A DNA stretch of 64,000 nt from Saccostrea echinata (Eukaryota). Of this stretch, positions 24,009-36,714 are shown piece after piece; the first letter of the stretch is position 1; every line of letters begins with the position of its first letter. The translations under genes were made by a program, and so were the position numbers. The notes below the pieces were generated by a model. It saw only the letters and a program-made list of their open reading frames with translations, ran no database searches and had not been told where the DNA came from. The stretch spans positions 11,408,001 through 11,472,000 of the forward strand of contig NW_026889801.1 of the NCBI RefSeq assembly GCF_033153115.1. Direction: 5' to 3'.

Positions 24009-25943
24009 TTATGGCAAGATACCCAGGATTTCCCCTTGTCTCCAACTTTCTTTTGGAATCTTGACAGACAATACAGCAGAAAGGATGAAGAAGTATAAAC
24101 ACTGACAATGAATTGCAAATATTTTGTTTTAATCACACTATTGTTTATTAATGAACAATGACCTACAGGCTGCTGACCTATCAAGTTATGACAATTTGGC
24201 TTAGGATTGAGTATGTAATGGAAAAAAAAAACACAGACTAGCTAAAGGCCACATATATTAAGGAAGCTCTAAACACTCAGCACTGGAGAGTTCTAATTCC
24301 ATTTTAGTTTAATTTCTGCAGTTATGAGTTATATCTGCCTTTTCATATTAAATGGAAATCTACAGTGAATGACACAATATGAAAAGGGTTAAAGTATATT
24401 TAACATTATGTTGGACCAAGATAAAGAAGACATTTATTTGCAAGTATTTTATTCATTTCAATTTGTAGGTTAAAACATAAAATATTTAAATACAAACACA
24501 TGATGAAAATTTTGTCTGATTATCAAAATTATTTCAGAAGTTATCAGTGGTTACATTCATTTGAAATTTTGACTTAAGTCTGTTCTCGGTCTTGAGGCCT
24601 GGGGGAAAAATATTCAGGTGAGTTTTACCACCTCTGGGTTTACGACGGCAGTGAAATTTTACGATTTATCACACACATATCAAAAATAAATTCCTTTGGA
24701 TTTTTTGACACTAAACTTAGTCTAGTAGTTTCGGTATTATGAAAATAGATTTCAGAGGCATAAAACTAGCAGCAATAAAAGAAAATAAATGGGCACCAGT
24801 TAATTTTACGACAACCAGAAAGAAGTCGATGTCAACAATATCGTGGCATTTCGTGATTTGTTCCTTAATTTAGTACTTGAAAAACTAAAAACGGTAGCCT
24901 ATAACACGTATTTATAATTTTTGATTTCGTTGGACATGATGGGAGAATAACAGACTTTGGAATGTTGAAGACTCTGTCGTTGATTGTGTAATTTGACAGA
25001 GAAACACCTAGAGCAGGTAGTCAATAATTTTTGCATAATTGATGATTCAAGTAAAGCAGCTGACACACTGCTTTTTCCTTTAATTGCAAAAACCATAAAC
25101 TTTTATCCTTCAACAGACATTACTGAAAATCCAGTAGGGAGACCAGTCACAAAATATTTAACTAAGCTCTGAATGGCAGTTGATTGGGGCTTGCTCCCAG
25201 AGCATGCAGAGTTTTAAAGAAATATTTAATTAAAAAATCATATACCAACTACTAAAGTTTTAGTAGTTAGTGTGAGATTTTTTTGAAATTAAATATTTCT
25301 TTACACTCCAGGAGCAAGCCCTTGTGAATAAGCAGTGAGAATTTGTGGTTTGGCCTTATCATTTCTATATTTCTTGAGACATCTATAAATTTTTTTAATT
25401 ACTAGTAGCCTATGACTGTGTGGTGGTCAGATGGGTTTGATCGCCAGTGGCCAGATACCTCAGTTCTTAGGGCACCTGACTCGAGATTCAGGGGGCTCGG
25501 GTTTGAATCCTGGTCTGGTCTGTCGCATTCATCTCCTCTTCGATTACATTTAGTGTTGTGCCATGCCCTGAATAGATAGGAGTAAAACGAGTAAAAAACG
25601 TTGGTGAAAAAGTGTTGAATTCTTCCATTATATGGATTAAATTTTTAGATGATAGGTATTTACAGTCTCAAAAAAGGTTTGTTATGATTAATTTGACTGT
25701 TATTTTCAATGCAGCTTCATTAATTTTCTCCAAAATCATTTTGAAGCGATTCTGCAATTTTCTGCTACATTACGGGTATATGGGAGGCATTCTAACTGTG
25801 GTGAGGGCCTGTCCCGAGACACAGATTATTCTAACAGTACTATGCCCTGAAGTGACAGGTGAAAGACCTGCCAAGGGAATGCCTGGGTTGGAGTCTTTGG
25901 GGGCCAAAGTCCTTTAAGGAGGGAGGAATATGGTGGTGCCGGT

Positions 25944-26014
25944 GACCACTTAGCTCAGTTGGTAGAGCACTTGACTGGAGATTTAGGGGCCTGGGTTCAA
26001 ATCAGGGTGTGGTC
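25944..26014 (+). pseudogene. tRNA-like sequence (SINE head or pseudo-tRNA); degenerate sister copy at ~25450-25520
   Basis: GACCAC/GTGGTC acceptor stem, TAGCTCAGTTGGTAGAGC D-arm and A box, GGTTCAAATC B box; anticodon and T stems pair poorly. Confidence 0.6.
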
Positions 26015-26704
26015 TGTCCCATTCCTTTGCGGTCGGGTATGTCACATTGACCTTTCCTATTGCATATGCAAAAGTCATTAATATATATTTTGCTGTTCGA
26101 TCCTGAGGATAAAGTTTGGTCCCAATGCAAGGAGATCATTATAAAGCTAATCCCTCCTTAGACACTAATTTATCAACATTCATGTGTTGTATGAAAATAT
26201 GCAGTACCTTAAACTTAATCATGATGGTCATTTTGTTATCCCAAGGCAAGAGTATTTCAGTGGTATTGGTGTTCAAAGGGCATGGTGAGATTCTAGGCTA
26301 GTCATCAATACATTTGCTGAAAAAAGTATCAGAAACAAATTCATGAAATTTTCTGTTGAATGTAATTTTTAATAGATGCTCACATTCACACATGGACAGG
26401 TTTATATCATCTTGGTCATGTTCAGATATTACAGCAAGGTAATTTATTCAAGTCAACAGGTCCAGTACAATCACAAGATTTAGTGTAAGATATGTACATG
26501 TAGCTTGAATTACTTAACTTTGTTAAGCTTGATCATAAATACATGAAATTATAACTTTATTCACAAAAACTGAATGAGATTGGGCAGAGGCATAGCCTAT
26601 TTTAGCCCTCTCCGTGAGAAGCTTAACTTAATTATATTCAAAGTAGCTTTATTTAGCTACTAAGTCATACCTATTTCATTAAATGGGCATTTTTTCAGCA
26701 TGTA

Positions 26705-27192
26705 CACTCATGTGCCAAAAGTATGTCAATTTATTTTTTTCCCCTATATATTTCATTGAAAACAAAACTTCCTTTGAAAAGGTTTTCTAATGTCATTTTT
26801 TATCAGATTTTGAAGAAATTTATATAGGTTAAAGCAGAATCAACTGGCTTTTTTTGACATTCATTGAAATAATGTTTTGTCAACTCATTTGTAAAATGTA
26901 GGTATTTCAATCGCAACATAAAGATATTTTATAGAGCTCTACTATATATCTCTTGCAATATATGGGTCGAAAAATTTTACTTTGGATTGTTAAAATCAAA
27001 TCTCAGGAACAGAAGGTTGGAAAAATATTTTAATATTATCACCAAAAAGCTAGAGAAATTCTGAATTCATTAATCTATACCTTTTTAAAATCGATCAAAG
27101 GGTTACTCTTTAACAATTCTTTGAAAAATGTTGGTTTCCAATGAAATATATAGTGAAAAGAAAAAAATTGACATACTTTTGGCACCTGAGTG
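26705..27192. mobile_element. Tc1/mariner MITE
   Basis: TA|CACTCA(T/G)GTGCCAAAAGTATGTCAATTT ... |TA, with the imperfect IR extending ~70 bp. Confidence 0.88.
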
Positions 27193-27934
27193 TAATTAAA
27201 AAAAATCACATTGGTGCAGTTTATATTTGAATTTAAATCATTCAAGATATTACATTGCTAAATGTAATAGTGTTTTACAGGACCTGGTCAAGTTTCATTG
27301 TGAAAACTTTATTCATATTAATTATTTACATGAAATAATTGAAGATCTTGTCAAAAGTAACATCAGTAACTCTTACAACCTATACAGTAATGAATTGTAT
27401 ATAAATCTGTTCAAGAAGAAATGGGGATCCTAAGTATTGATGTGCATGACATTTCTGAATTATTTACACATCGAACTGAATTGTGTAGTTTTTCTTTTAT
27501 CTTTAAAGAAGACAATGAGTCAGCATAGGTATAATTGACAACATGCAGCATAGGCATAATTGTCAACATGCAATCATTGATTTTACAAAACAATTCACAT
27601 GCAGTAAATTTGCCTGTTTAGGAAACATAAAGTCTTCAGAGGTTATGAGTTTTATTTTGATAAAATAGGTATGTATACTTTGTGTTAAGTTACTTAATGC
27701 TTTTGAGTTTTTGCTGTACCTGTGTCATTTGCTGCAGGACGGTAACTCTCTAAAACTGAAAATTTGGACAGACTCTGGTGTCTGTCTGGAATTTTCTTTC
27801 CTAGAGACCTCCATCCTGTAGCTACCTATGTCATGTGCATGCAGTTATTTTCTAGTCCAGTTTTGTATTTCCATCTCATTTATATTTAAAATGCTGTTTA
27901 TTATTTTAGATGAATGGATTGGAAATAAAGCACA

Positions 27935-30900
27935 ATGCCGATAGACAGAAGAGCTGGCTTACAGTTGGGACTGCTGTTGATGGCAGTTCCGTTACAATAC
28001 ATCATGTCTAAATACATGTCAACCAATGAATCTCAACGAAGCTATGCAATCAGAAAGTCAGTCTTGTCTTTGTTTGTGATTCATTTCAATTTAATGTTAG
28101 GCCTAAATTAATATATTGTTTGTTTGCCCTTAAAACCCACAAATATTAGCCCGACTCAAAATATTTTATTGCTCTTTTCATTTACAATTTTTTTTTATCT
28201 GAATCATTTCAACCCAGTTTAATACCAGTACATGTACATTTGAGGTATTTTTGCAGTCATTTATTGCTATATTTGCTTGGAAAACAAGGATTTTGAAAGA
28301 AAAAAAAGACAAAATATGAATTAATCAATACAAGTTAACATTTCTATTTCCAATCTATATATATTAAGAATTCAAAGTTGTATTTAAAAAAAAGAAGCAT
28401 AAACTCAAAGTAGAATGAATTGATTAATCAAATGCAAAGCATGTCTTTTGTCCTTGAGTATCTATTAAGTTTCTAACTTGTACACATTCTTCCTTAGTTT
28501 GTTCCACAGTGCAGCTGGGTTTAAGGAGAAGTATTTATCCTGGAAGTCATGGCAGCAGTGGTGTATGAGCTTCATATTTCGGGAGGAGCCCCAGAGTTAC
28601 GCTAGTCAAGAGGAACTGAACGGGGAATCCCCCGCTGTAGAGGTGCAGAAATACAAGGATCCAGAGGGGTATTTTGGAGGTACGTTATGAGTGTGACATT
28701 ATTTAGACACATAGGACAAAGTAATACTTTATAGTGAAATGCATAAAGCAATCACCTGTTGTTTTTTTTTTAAAGAAAGGACTTTGTCATATATCACATT
28801 ATTAAAGAGAATTTGGAATCATTGACTGAAAACAATATATTATGGTTTAAAGGAAAAACTAAACTTAGTCATGGCAATTTACTATAACATTTTTTTTTAT
28901 TTCTGTATTTAACCTCCATTATCACTATGTCTACTGAACTATAGGATAAAATGGTGTACATATATATTGTTCCAAATCTTGTAGCTATGTAATAAATTGC
29001 AGAAATTAAAAACTAGAAATAAAAATTGTAGTCATACACTATAATAATGAATATTGTAACCATATATTCAACATAATCATGTCATGATTTTGATTTTAAT
29101 TTAATTCTTTGTGCACTTTATGTATGGTAAAATCTTTCTAATTCCAGTCAAAAGATGCTGTAATCTAAAGATGCACTTTTGTGCATTAGGTCGATTAAAG
29201 TATAGAAGTATATGTTGTTTTCAGCCTCTACAGAGCCTCGAACTCCTAGGTCACCTGAGGTAAAATATAGAGTGGGTCAGGTGATACGTCACAAAATCTG
29301 GGGCTACCGAGGGGTGATAGTTGCATGGGATCCACAGGCCAGGGTATTGAAAATTAATACAAATTGTTGAGATTTTAAGAATGTTCTTTGATCACACTAA
29401 AGATGTTTCTTTAGAATGATGGTTTTTTTCACCTTCAGGCCCCAGAGAGCTGGATAGAACAGAACCATAGAAAAGATAAACCTGTAAGTCAACCTGCAAC
29501 CCCTCCACCTCCCCCCCCCCCCAACACACACACACACTCCATTTTTATGCCCCGCCATGAATATGGCTGGGGCATATAGTGTTTGTCATGTCCATCTTCC
29601 GTCCTTCCGTCTGTCCTTCCGTCACACTTTGCGTTTAGCTCTGTTCAAAGCTCAGTTTCAAAGAAACTATCCAAGATATTTTTATCAAACTTCATATGCT
29701 GATAGATATGGATGAGAGCTACTTTGCAATCAGCATTGTTTGTGGGGAACCAATAATCATTGATTTCATGGGTAACCCTTTTTCAGGAATTTACATCCAC
29801 ACAAACAAACTTTGTAAAAGTATCAATGCTTTGAATCCTCTGCATATTGGAGTTACCCACAAAATTATGTCCCCAAGAACCAATAAAAATTTGGTTGTCC
29901 ATGAACATTGGTGCCCACAAATTAAAATAATTCCACAGTTTCAATCTATGCTTCATTTTTGGGGGGGGGGGTGGGCCAAGTGTTCTTAAAGGCATGTCCT
30001 AAGCATATTTCACACTTTAAGCATGCTTTTAGAATTATTCAATTTGAAATAGACACAGATTTGATAAAATATGATAAATTGATTATTTCAGCAATGGAGG
30101 ACTCAACCTAACTATGCCATACTTGTGGACACAAGGGACAGAATGACCCCTCAGCTGACCTATGTTCCACAGGAAAACATTGATATAATTACCAATGTCA
30201 AGGTAATGTCAGGAAAACATTGATATATCTAATGTCAAGGTAATGTCAGGAAAACATTGACATATCTAATGTCAAGGTTATGTCAGGAAAATATTGATAG
30301 ACACTTTAATATTCAATGTCAAGGTAATATTAGGAAAACATATATATTATAATATCAATGTCAAGGTAATGTCAGAGAAATAGAGAATATTACGTACTAA
30401 AATCCGTATATGTCATATCAGCCCTCAGGCCCCATATCAAGGGGCCCGAGGGCTGATATGACATATGATATGGATATCAGTATGTAGTATTCTATTTATC
30501 ATATATTTAAAATACTTAATATGTGAGTTCACATAAAATCATTGAAGAATGTTTCATGCATGTTTATGACCTTTTTCTTTAAAATCTAATAAAGCAAATT
30601 TTAGGTCTTTGAAAACAAATTAAATCCACAGATGTTAGTAAAGAAATATTTGACATGTATATTTAAATAAAATCAAGTTAATTAAACTTTAAACAAACGT
30701 TCTTCCGGTTTGATACGGATTTTTGCCCGCCGGTCCGATACGTGATATGGATTTTCGGACCGGTCCTTGATATGGGGTATTGTGATGTCACCCGTATCGC
30801 ACAGTGCAGAATTGGTGTATTTACTACTAAGTATATGATAAACATTGATATATATGTCAGGAAAACATTGATATAATATTCAATGTCAAGGTAATGTCAG

Positions 30901-32113
30901 GAAAACATTGATGTACACTTTAATATCTAATGTCAAAGAAACATTGATAAACACTGTAATATCTAATGTCAAGGAAAACATTGATAAACACTGTAATATC
31001 TAATGTCAAGGAAACATTGATAAACACTGTAATATCTAATGTCAAGGAAAACATTGATAAACACTGTAATATCTAATGTCATTATGTCAAGAAAAACATT
31101 GATAAACACTGTAATATCTAATGTCAAGGAAAACATTGATAAACACTGTAATATCTAATGTCAAGGAAAACATTGATATAGTATCTCATGTCAACAAAAT
31201 GGTATGACAAAATGCATTTTGCCCCCAAACTTACTCCAAGTAAGATCCTCAGTTAACATCCCTATGCTCCTTATATACCAAGTCAAAAGTAAATCACCGT
31301 GAACCTCTAGCATACTGGAGTACCCCCTACCCCAGTCAATAAATGTATATATTATACTTTCATGTAAATTAGTTGAATCTGATTCGTCGAGAAACATTTG
31401 TTAAAAAACACTATTACCCGCTGAATAATGAAGCCACGCCCACCAGCGTAGCAACAGTTAACATTGCTTGACGACGGGTGTTATTCCAAAAAAATATTGA
31501 CTGCGCAGAATTCATGCGCGCAAGGTTCACTGTAATATGTATTTGAATATAACATTCAGTATAATATAATAAATACTGCATGTAGTTGAGTGTAACATTG
31601 AAAATTTTCACCCCTCGAAAACCATTGTCAACCTCGGCTGCGCCTCGGTTGACAATGGTTTTCTTGGGGTGAAAATTTTCAATGTTACACTCAACTACAT
31701 GCAGTATTTATATAATTGTCAAGGTAATGTAGGGAAAACATTGATATAATATCTTGTGTCAGGAAAACATTAACACAGATATAATGTTGAATGATAGGGG
31801 GAATATACCATGAAAACATTATCAACTCTGACAGTAAAGATTAATGTACATTTGTCAATCACATGAAAACCATACAAAACTTTTTTTTTTTTAGCTACCT
31901 GTATTTGAAATTAATCTGCAGTTATTAATTTTAGAGACTGAGGAATTATTCAACATAAATAATTAAAGAGATGCCTCAGGACAAAAATTATTCATGAGTT
32001 GTTTTTTTTTTCTTCAGATTATGCATCCTGGGATAGAGAATTATTTTGAGGGATTTGACGGTGCTCAGTATATACCTCGTCCTTGGCTGAAAACAGTGTT
32101 CCCCCATGATTGA
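27935..32113 (+). CDS. Stand-alone YccV/HspQ-like (hemimethylated-DNA-binding) domain protein, ~224 aa, with N-terminal hydrophobic segment
   Basis: Exons 27935-28056, 28498-28679, 29225-29343, 29439-29483, 30092-30202, 32018-32113 (675 nt). Motifs KYRVGQVIRHKIWGYRGVIVAWD, QPNYAILVD, TYVPQENI, HPGIENYFEGFDGAQYIPRPWLKTVFPHD. Confidence 0.88.
30381..30843 (+). mobile_element. Hairpin-ended non-autonomous element (Crypton-like)
   Basis: ~110-bp fold-back 30384-30493 (core ATATGTCATATCAGCCCTC / GAGGGCTGATATGACATAT), then TTTATCATAT pairing with ATATGATAAA at ~30833-30842. Confidence 0.6.
31351..31716 (-). mobile_element. Hairpin-ended non-autonomous element (Crypton-like), copy 1
   Basis: ATTATACT..AGTATAAT short IR plus near-perfect ~145-bp fold-back centred on CCTCGGCTGCGCCTCGG; nearly identical copy at 47126-47490. 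Confidence 0.8.
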
Positions 32114-33280
32114 CCTTGTAGTCTTCTTATCTGTTTTGACCTTGACATTTCGTTTTCTGTCCTTGACATTTCGTGATATTTCCGACAATTAATGTATATA
32201 TAGGAGGTACATGGTAGACTTTTAAATCAATTTTCTATTTCATTATAGTTGTTGAATGTTGAGATATTTGGTTCATATGATCATACATTTATTTTTCTAG
32301 ACTGGTGTATTTATTAGCATCCTCATAAAAAAATGATTCTAATGGTCACTGTTTAAAGTATTGTAAGAATTTCATTTACATGTATATTCTTTTTTTTGTG
32401 GAAAGATTTTAGAAACTATAAATTCACAATTGGCATATACAGATTTTGAGTTTACCAGTTATTGAGTTTTTGCAGTAGAATTTTTGAGTTCCTGCAATAA
32501 AATGTTTGAGTTTCTACAATAGAAAAGGGAGCATTTAAACTCTGGTTGGTGCAGGGGAATGTTTGAATAATCTGGGATGATTTTTTAAAATATCCTTTTC
32601 TTTAATACACAAAAATCATTTTAAAAATCAACCATGAATTGATTACCTTTCAATAAACAAACTTACCAAAATTAACAAAATACATATAAGCACAATTGAA
32701 ATGCTAAATTATTGATTATTGTGTATGCCTTCTGTTACCTGTTGTCTTTCAGTTTAATTTATTTGATAGTGTTTGTAAAATTTCAGTATGGGTAATTGTT
32801 TCGCAAAAAATGGCAACAATTGTTACACTGTCATTAATGATTAAACCCAATAACTACCAAATCCTGATAACCCAAGTTGAATAAAAGTTTTTGGAGGATA
32901 CTCTTTGAATGACATTGTTGCAATGAATCAAATTGAAGCAGTTTGTTCGGTGCCATTCATGGTTATAACTTATCAGACTCACTTCCATCAGGGAATATGG
33001 TTGTTAGCTTCACAACTGTTTGCTTGTACAACTCTACATGAACTTGTTAAACATTGAAATAAAAAAAATTTTAAATAGTACATGCGGTTATTTTACTTTA
33101 CTACATGTAAAATGGAAGTCACTAAATTGGCTTCTCTGTTATAAATGTTTTTACTTTAAATCACATTTTATTAATGAGAACTTTATTTTTGAGTTAAAAT
33201 AATATTATTAACATTATATAGAATAATAACCAAAATTCGCGAAAATTTTGTTTTTCTTATAAATACAATATGACTATCTC

Positions 33281-33396
33281 TAGTATGAAATATCTGAAGT
33301 TTTCCAGGCGTTTTTCATGATTTTGATATTTGACTGCCAGGCACATCAAATATCAAAATCGTTAAAAGCCTGGAAAACGTCGGATATTTCAGACTA
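33281..33396. mobile_element. Palindromic MITE with TAG..CTA ends and 9-bp TSD (AcademH-like)
   Basis: TAGT(A/C)TGAAATATC.GA.GTTTTCCAGGC arms; GACTATCTC duplicated at 33272-33280 and 33397-33405. Confidence 0.75.
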
Positions 33397-33787
33397 GACT
33401 ATCTCGTGAAAATAATGTGTTGCGAATATTTGGTGGTTTAAAGTATTTGACAGATATATTCCTGTTCAAATACCAATTATATTTCATTTGAGGTTGAAAA
33501 ATGAATTACAAATGGAATGCAGGCATTTTTGGGAGGGGAGTTACTACACGTATACAATGTACCTAAATATCTTGATAAGCAAGCGTAATCTTTATGGAGT
33601 ATACAAGCTGAGGAGAAGGAGCATGGCCCCCAACCTCCAGGCCATATCTTTTGGGTTGACTGGGGAGAAAGAGCATGATCCCCTCTCCCCTACCTCCCGG
33701 CCATATCTTCTGGGTTGATTAGGGAGAAGGATTCGAACATGATTCCCCCCCCCCCACCTCCCAGCCGTATCTTTTGGGTTGATAGGA

Positions 33788-34136
33788 CAGGTGCGGATCC
33801 AGGAATTTTTTCCGGGGGGGGGGGGGGTTCCACCCCAGTAAAAAAAAAATTTCCACCCAGAAATTTCTTGAAAAAAAAAAAAATTAACTCATTTCCCAAA
33901 CGTGATAAACCTATCTCGTGTGGGTGTATGGAGGGTGTATGGAGGGGGGAATAGTCGTTGACTTCTGAAGCTTCAGACCTATATTCATACTTATGACTTT
34001 CCGTATTTTCCGGGGGGGGGGGGTCCAAGGTCACTTTTAGTAGGTTTAGTACATGTATATACATTTAATGACTCTGCGAATTTCAAAGGGGGGGGGGGGG
34101 TCCGGACCCCACGACCCCCCTCTAGATCCACGCATG
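33788..34136. mobile_element. hAT-like MITE with 5-bp TSD, inserted in a ~54-bp tandem repeat (33611-34175)
   Basis: CAGGTGCGGATC ... GATCCACGCATG; TAGGA on both flanks; host unit GGAGAAGGAGCATG..ATCTTTTGGGTTGA. Confidence 0.75.
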
Positions 34137-34623
34137 TAGGAGAGAAGGAGCATGATCCCCTCCCAAATATCTTGATACAACTTGTTGACTCGGATTTCAC
34201 AAAATAATAAATCATTTTTTTTTTCAATGTATACAGCCAGAACTGCAGAAAAATTCCTACATAGTAAGAATTTATTGTGGTAAAACGGTTTTAATTTATA
34301 CATCATTAAAGATAGAATATATATATATATAAACCCTGGATAATTCACAAAGATCACAGTCGTTTTTGGAACATTCTCCATCTTGTTGGATTGGTCTGAT
34401 TTTTTAAGAAGCCAGTTTGGATTATCTTTCATAGGAGAAAACCTGTATTGCTTGATATCACCAGAAAGCGACAGGTGATATGGCGTAAGAATTGGATGAC
34501 TTAGATTAGGATATGTGCTTCTTTCTCAGTTTTTAGCATGGCTCGCCTTATTCCAACATTCGCCTTAGTATCTTCAATGTCACAAATAAGTGAAATACTC
34601 TCCATGGAACTAGGTATTTATAT

Positions 34624-36714
34624 TCATTCTCCTTTAATTTTCCCAACAATCACAATCACACCTGTACATATAGATGTCAGAATTGCAATAATGGCCAGGT
34701 AAAAGCAAAAGCTTAGATCTTCTGTCTTATAATCTGGATTCCTGAATTTGGCAGCGAAGATCGTAACACATATAAAACTCATCACAGCTGGAATACAATA
34801 TAAAGTTTAAGTTTTATATCAGGGAGAAGTAAAGAAAAACAAAACTTGATTCATATTTCAGAATTATTGAGAAAGTTAGAAACTACAGTGATGTAGAATT
34901 GACTGTTAAAAAGAAGCGAACCGAACCGTGGCATCACATAAGAAAAAAATTACTACATGTATATATAAAGTTGAAAGCAGGTTCAACCGTGTGGATCACC
35001 AAAATTGATGAGTGCAATAATTGGATGCAGGCCCGTAGGAAGCAATTTCAGTTGGGGGGGGGGGGGCACAGCCATACATTTTCAGTTGGGGGGCACTATC
35101 AACTACAAAAAAATTCCTTGACAAGTAAAAAAAAAAAAGGGTCATCAGACCTTTTTTATTGAGGGGGCACAAGCTAGTAGTAACTATATTTTCTATAGTT
35201 ATCTATATATCGGCAAAATTATTTGGGGGGGGGGCACGTTCCTACGGCCATGGGATGTAACGAGTAATGATAATTGTAATGTTTGCATCAATATTAATTC
35301 TATTATTTCTCTCAACAATTCAATTTATTTAATTACTAAATAAAAAAGTGTGTACTTTTAATGATTTAAACATATTTTATTGAAACATAATCAATAAGAT
35401 TGGACAATCGAAACTTCCGACAAGCGAAAAAACAACCTAGAGGTTGTTTTTCCGACCTCCGACGGAAAGACCCAAGATGATGCGATTGTGGGATTGGACA
35501 CAAATAATACCAACTTATGTTGTCCTCTCCAACACAAAGAAAATGACATATGTACTTTTAATTTTTAAATAAAAATCAGTAAAAGACGATACTGTGGTGG
35601 AATTATTGCTTGCAATAATTAATTAAGATCTTGGTATAAATGATTTGTAAATTTCTTTAAATCATTTGAAAATGCTTTTATTACATATATCTCAAATACA
35701 AGGATTTCATCAGAGGAATTAGTGCAGACATTTTTTTAACAATTTACAACAAAAAATGGGGGGAGGGGGGGGGGGCAACCAGCATTTAAAGGAAAATTTA
35801 CTATATCGTTCTACGGGCCTGATGATTTCTTCCAAGATAATTAATGATCTCGATCTTCAATCATTTCATGAGTTTATCATAATTTTCCGTACAACCGTCC
35901 GAGTAGATTTATATTCTATTTTGGCGATAAAATCTCTGACATGCAAAATAAAGAAATGAAACACTGAAATAAATCAATCCTCCGCTACGAGCATTTAGTA
36001 TACTAGTATTCTTCATTACTCGTAATTCATATGGAATTAAAACTCCTCACCAGTGGCAAAAGATACGGAAATAATAGCTTTACGTAGCCAGTCTTTGTGC
36101 CTCCATTTGAACACAAAGATAATCATCAATATAAGATTTAGGATGACACAGATGAGTGCTAGGCATCCAAAGGTTTGGTAGGCTGGTTTCCATCCTATAT
36201 ATAAAATCAAATTTAAAAATTAAAATTATAGAAAAATTATTTTTCAAGATCAATTTCACGTAATAATGTAACAATATTGTGGATAAGTGAAACATTCAAA
36301 ACAATCTACAGACAGTCTCTCGAATTTAATATATAAATCATGCATCAATCATGTATAATTTTGTAGAATGAAAGGGGAGGGGTTAATAAAATTAAAAAGA
36401 TGGAAATTTATAGACATTAGACACAACCCCATTTATGATATCTTGGAGGGGACGGAACACCCATCCCCAACCCTTAATAAATTTCTCCTAAATATGTATG
36501 CAGGTTGTATATTGTAGTTACCTGTGTTATAACCTTGCACATTATTCGAACACGTCTTAGTGATATAATTGGAAACACACGTTTGCCACATTCCGCCATA
36601 AACCTCCTGTGTGTCAAGGTCAATGTAATACCAAAATGGTGCAGAGAAAGACACAGTGTACGTAATGAATGATACAAATGTTGTAACAAAGCCTATCACG
36701 GTGTAAACATCCAT
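34624..36714 (-). CDS. PMP22/EMP/claudin-superfamily tetraspan membrane protein, ~166 aa
   Basis: Exons 36714-36522, 36194-36051, 34787-34624 (501 nt, phases consistent). Signature PFW..GMWQTC..C, four hydrophobic segments, LSFCFYLA before TM4. Confidence 0.85.
35028..35252 (+). mobile_element. hAT-like MITE with 5-bp TSD; inverted sister copy at 60696-60933
   Basis: CAGGCCCGTAGGA ... TCCTACGGCCATG; TSD GGATG. Confidence 0.8.

Larger units (their letters stand above)
30169..31780 (+). repeat. 37-38-bp minisatellite derived from the 3' end and donor site of YccV-gene exon 5, interrupted by two hairpin elements
   Basis: Unit CAGGAAAACATTGAT..AATGTCAAG(GTAATGT) at 30169-30375, 30840-31180 and 31717-31780. 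Confidence 0.85.

Noticed and set aside
23630-24184. 184-aa minus-strand ORF
   Set aside because: Antisense read-through of a SINE, non-ATG start, no recognisable domain.
25944-26014. Functional tRNA gene
   Set aside because: Anticodon and T stems pair poorly and a degenerate sister copy lies 500 bp upstream; better explained as a SINE head or pseudo-tRNA. tRNAscan-SE would settle it.
30840-31180. CRISPR-like array of 37-38-bp repeats
   Set aside because: Units are head-to-tail with no unique spacers, derive from the adjacent exon, and there are no cas genes in this eukaryotic context.
33488-35162. Several Pro/Gly/Lys-run ORFs
   Set aside because: Produced by poly-G, poly-C and poly-A tracts inside hAT-like MITEs.
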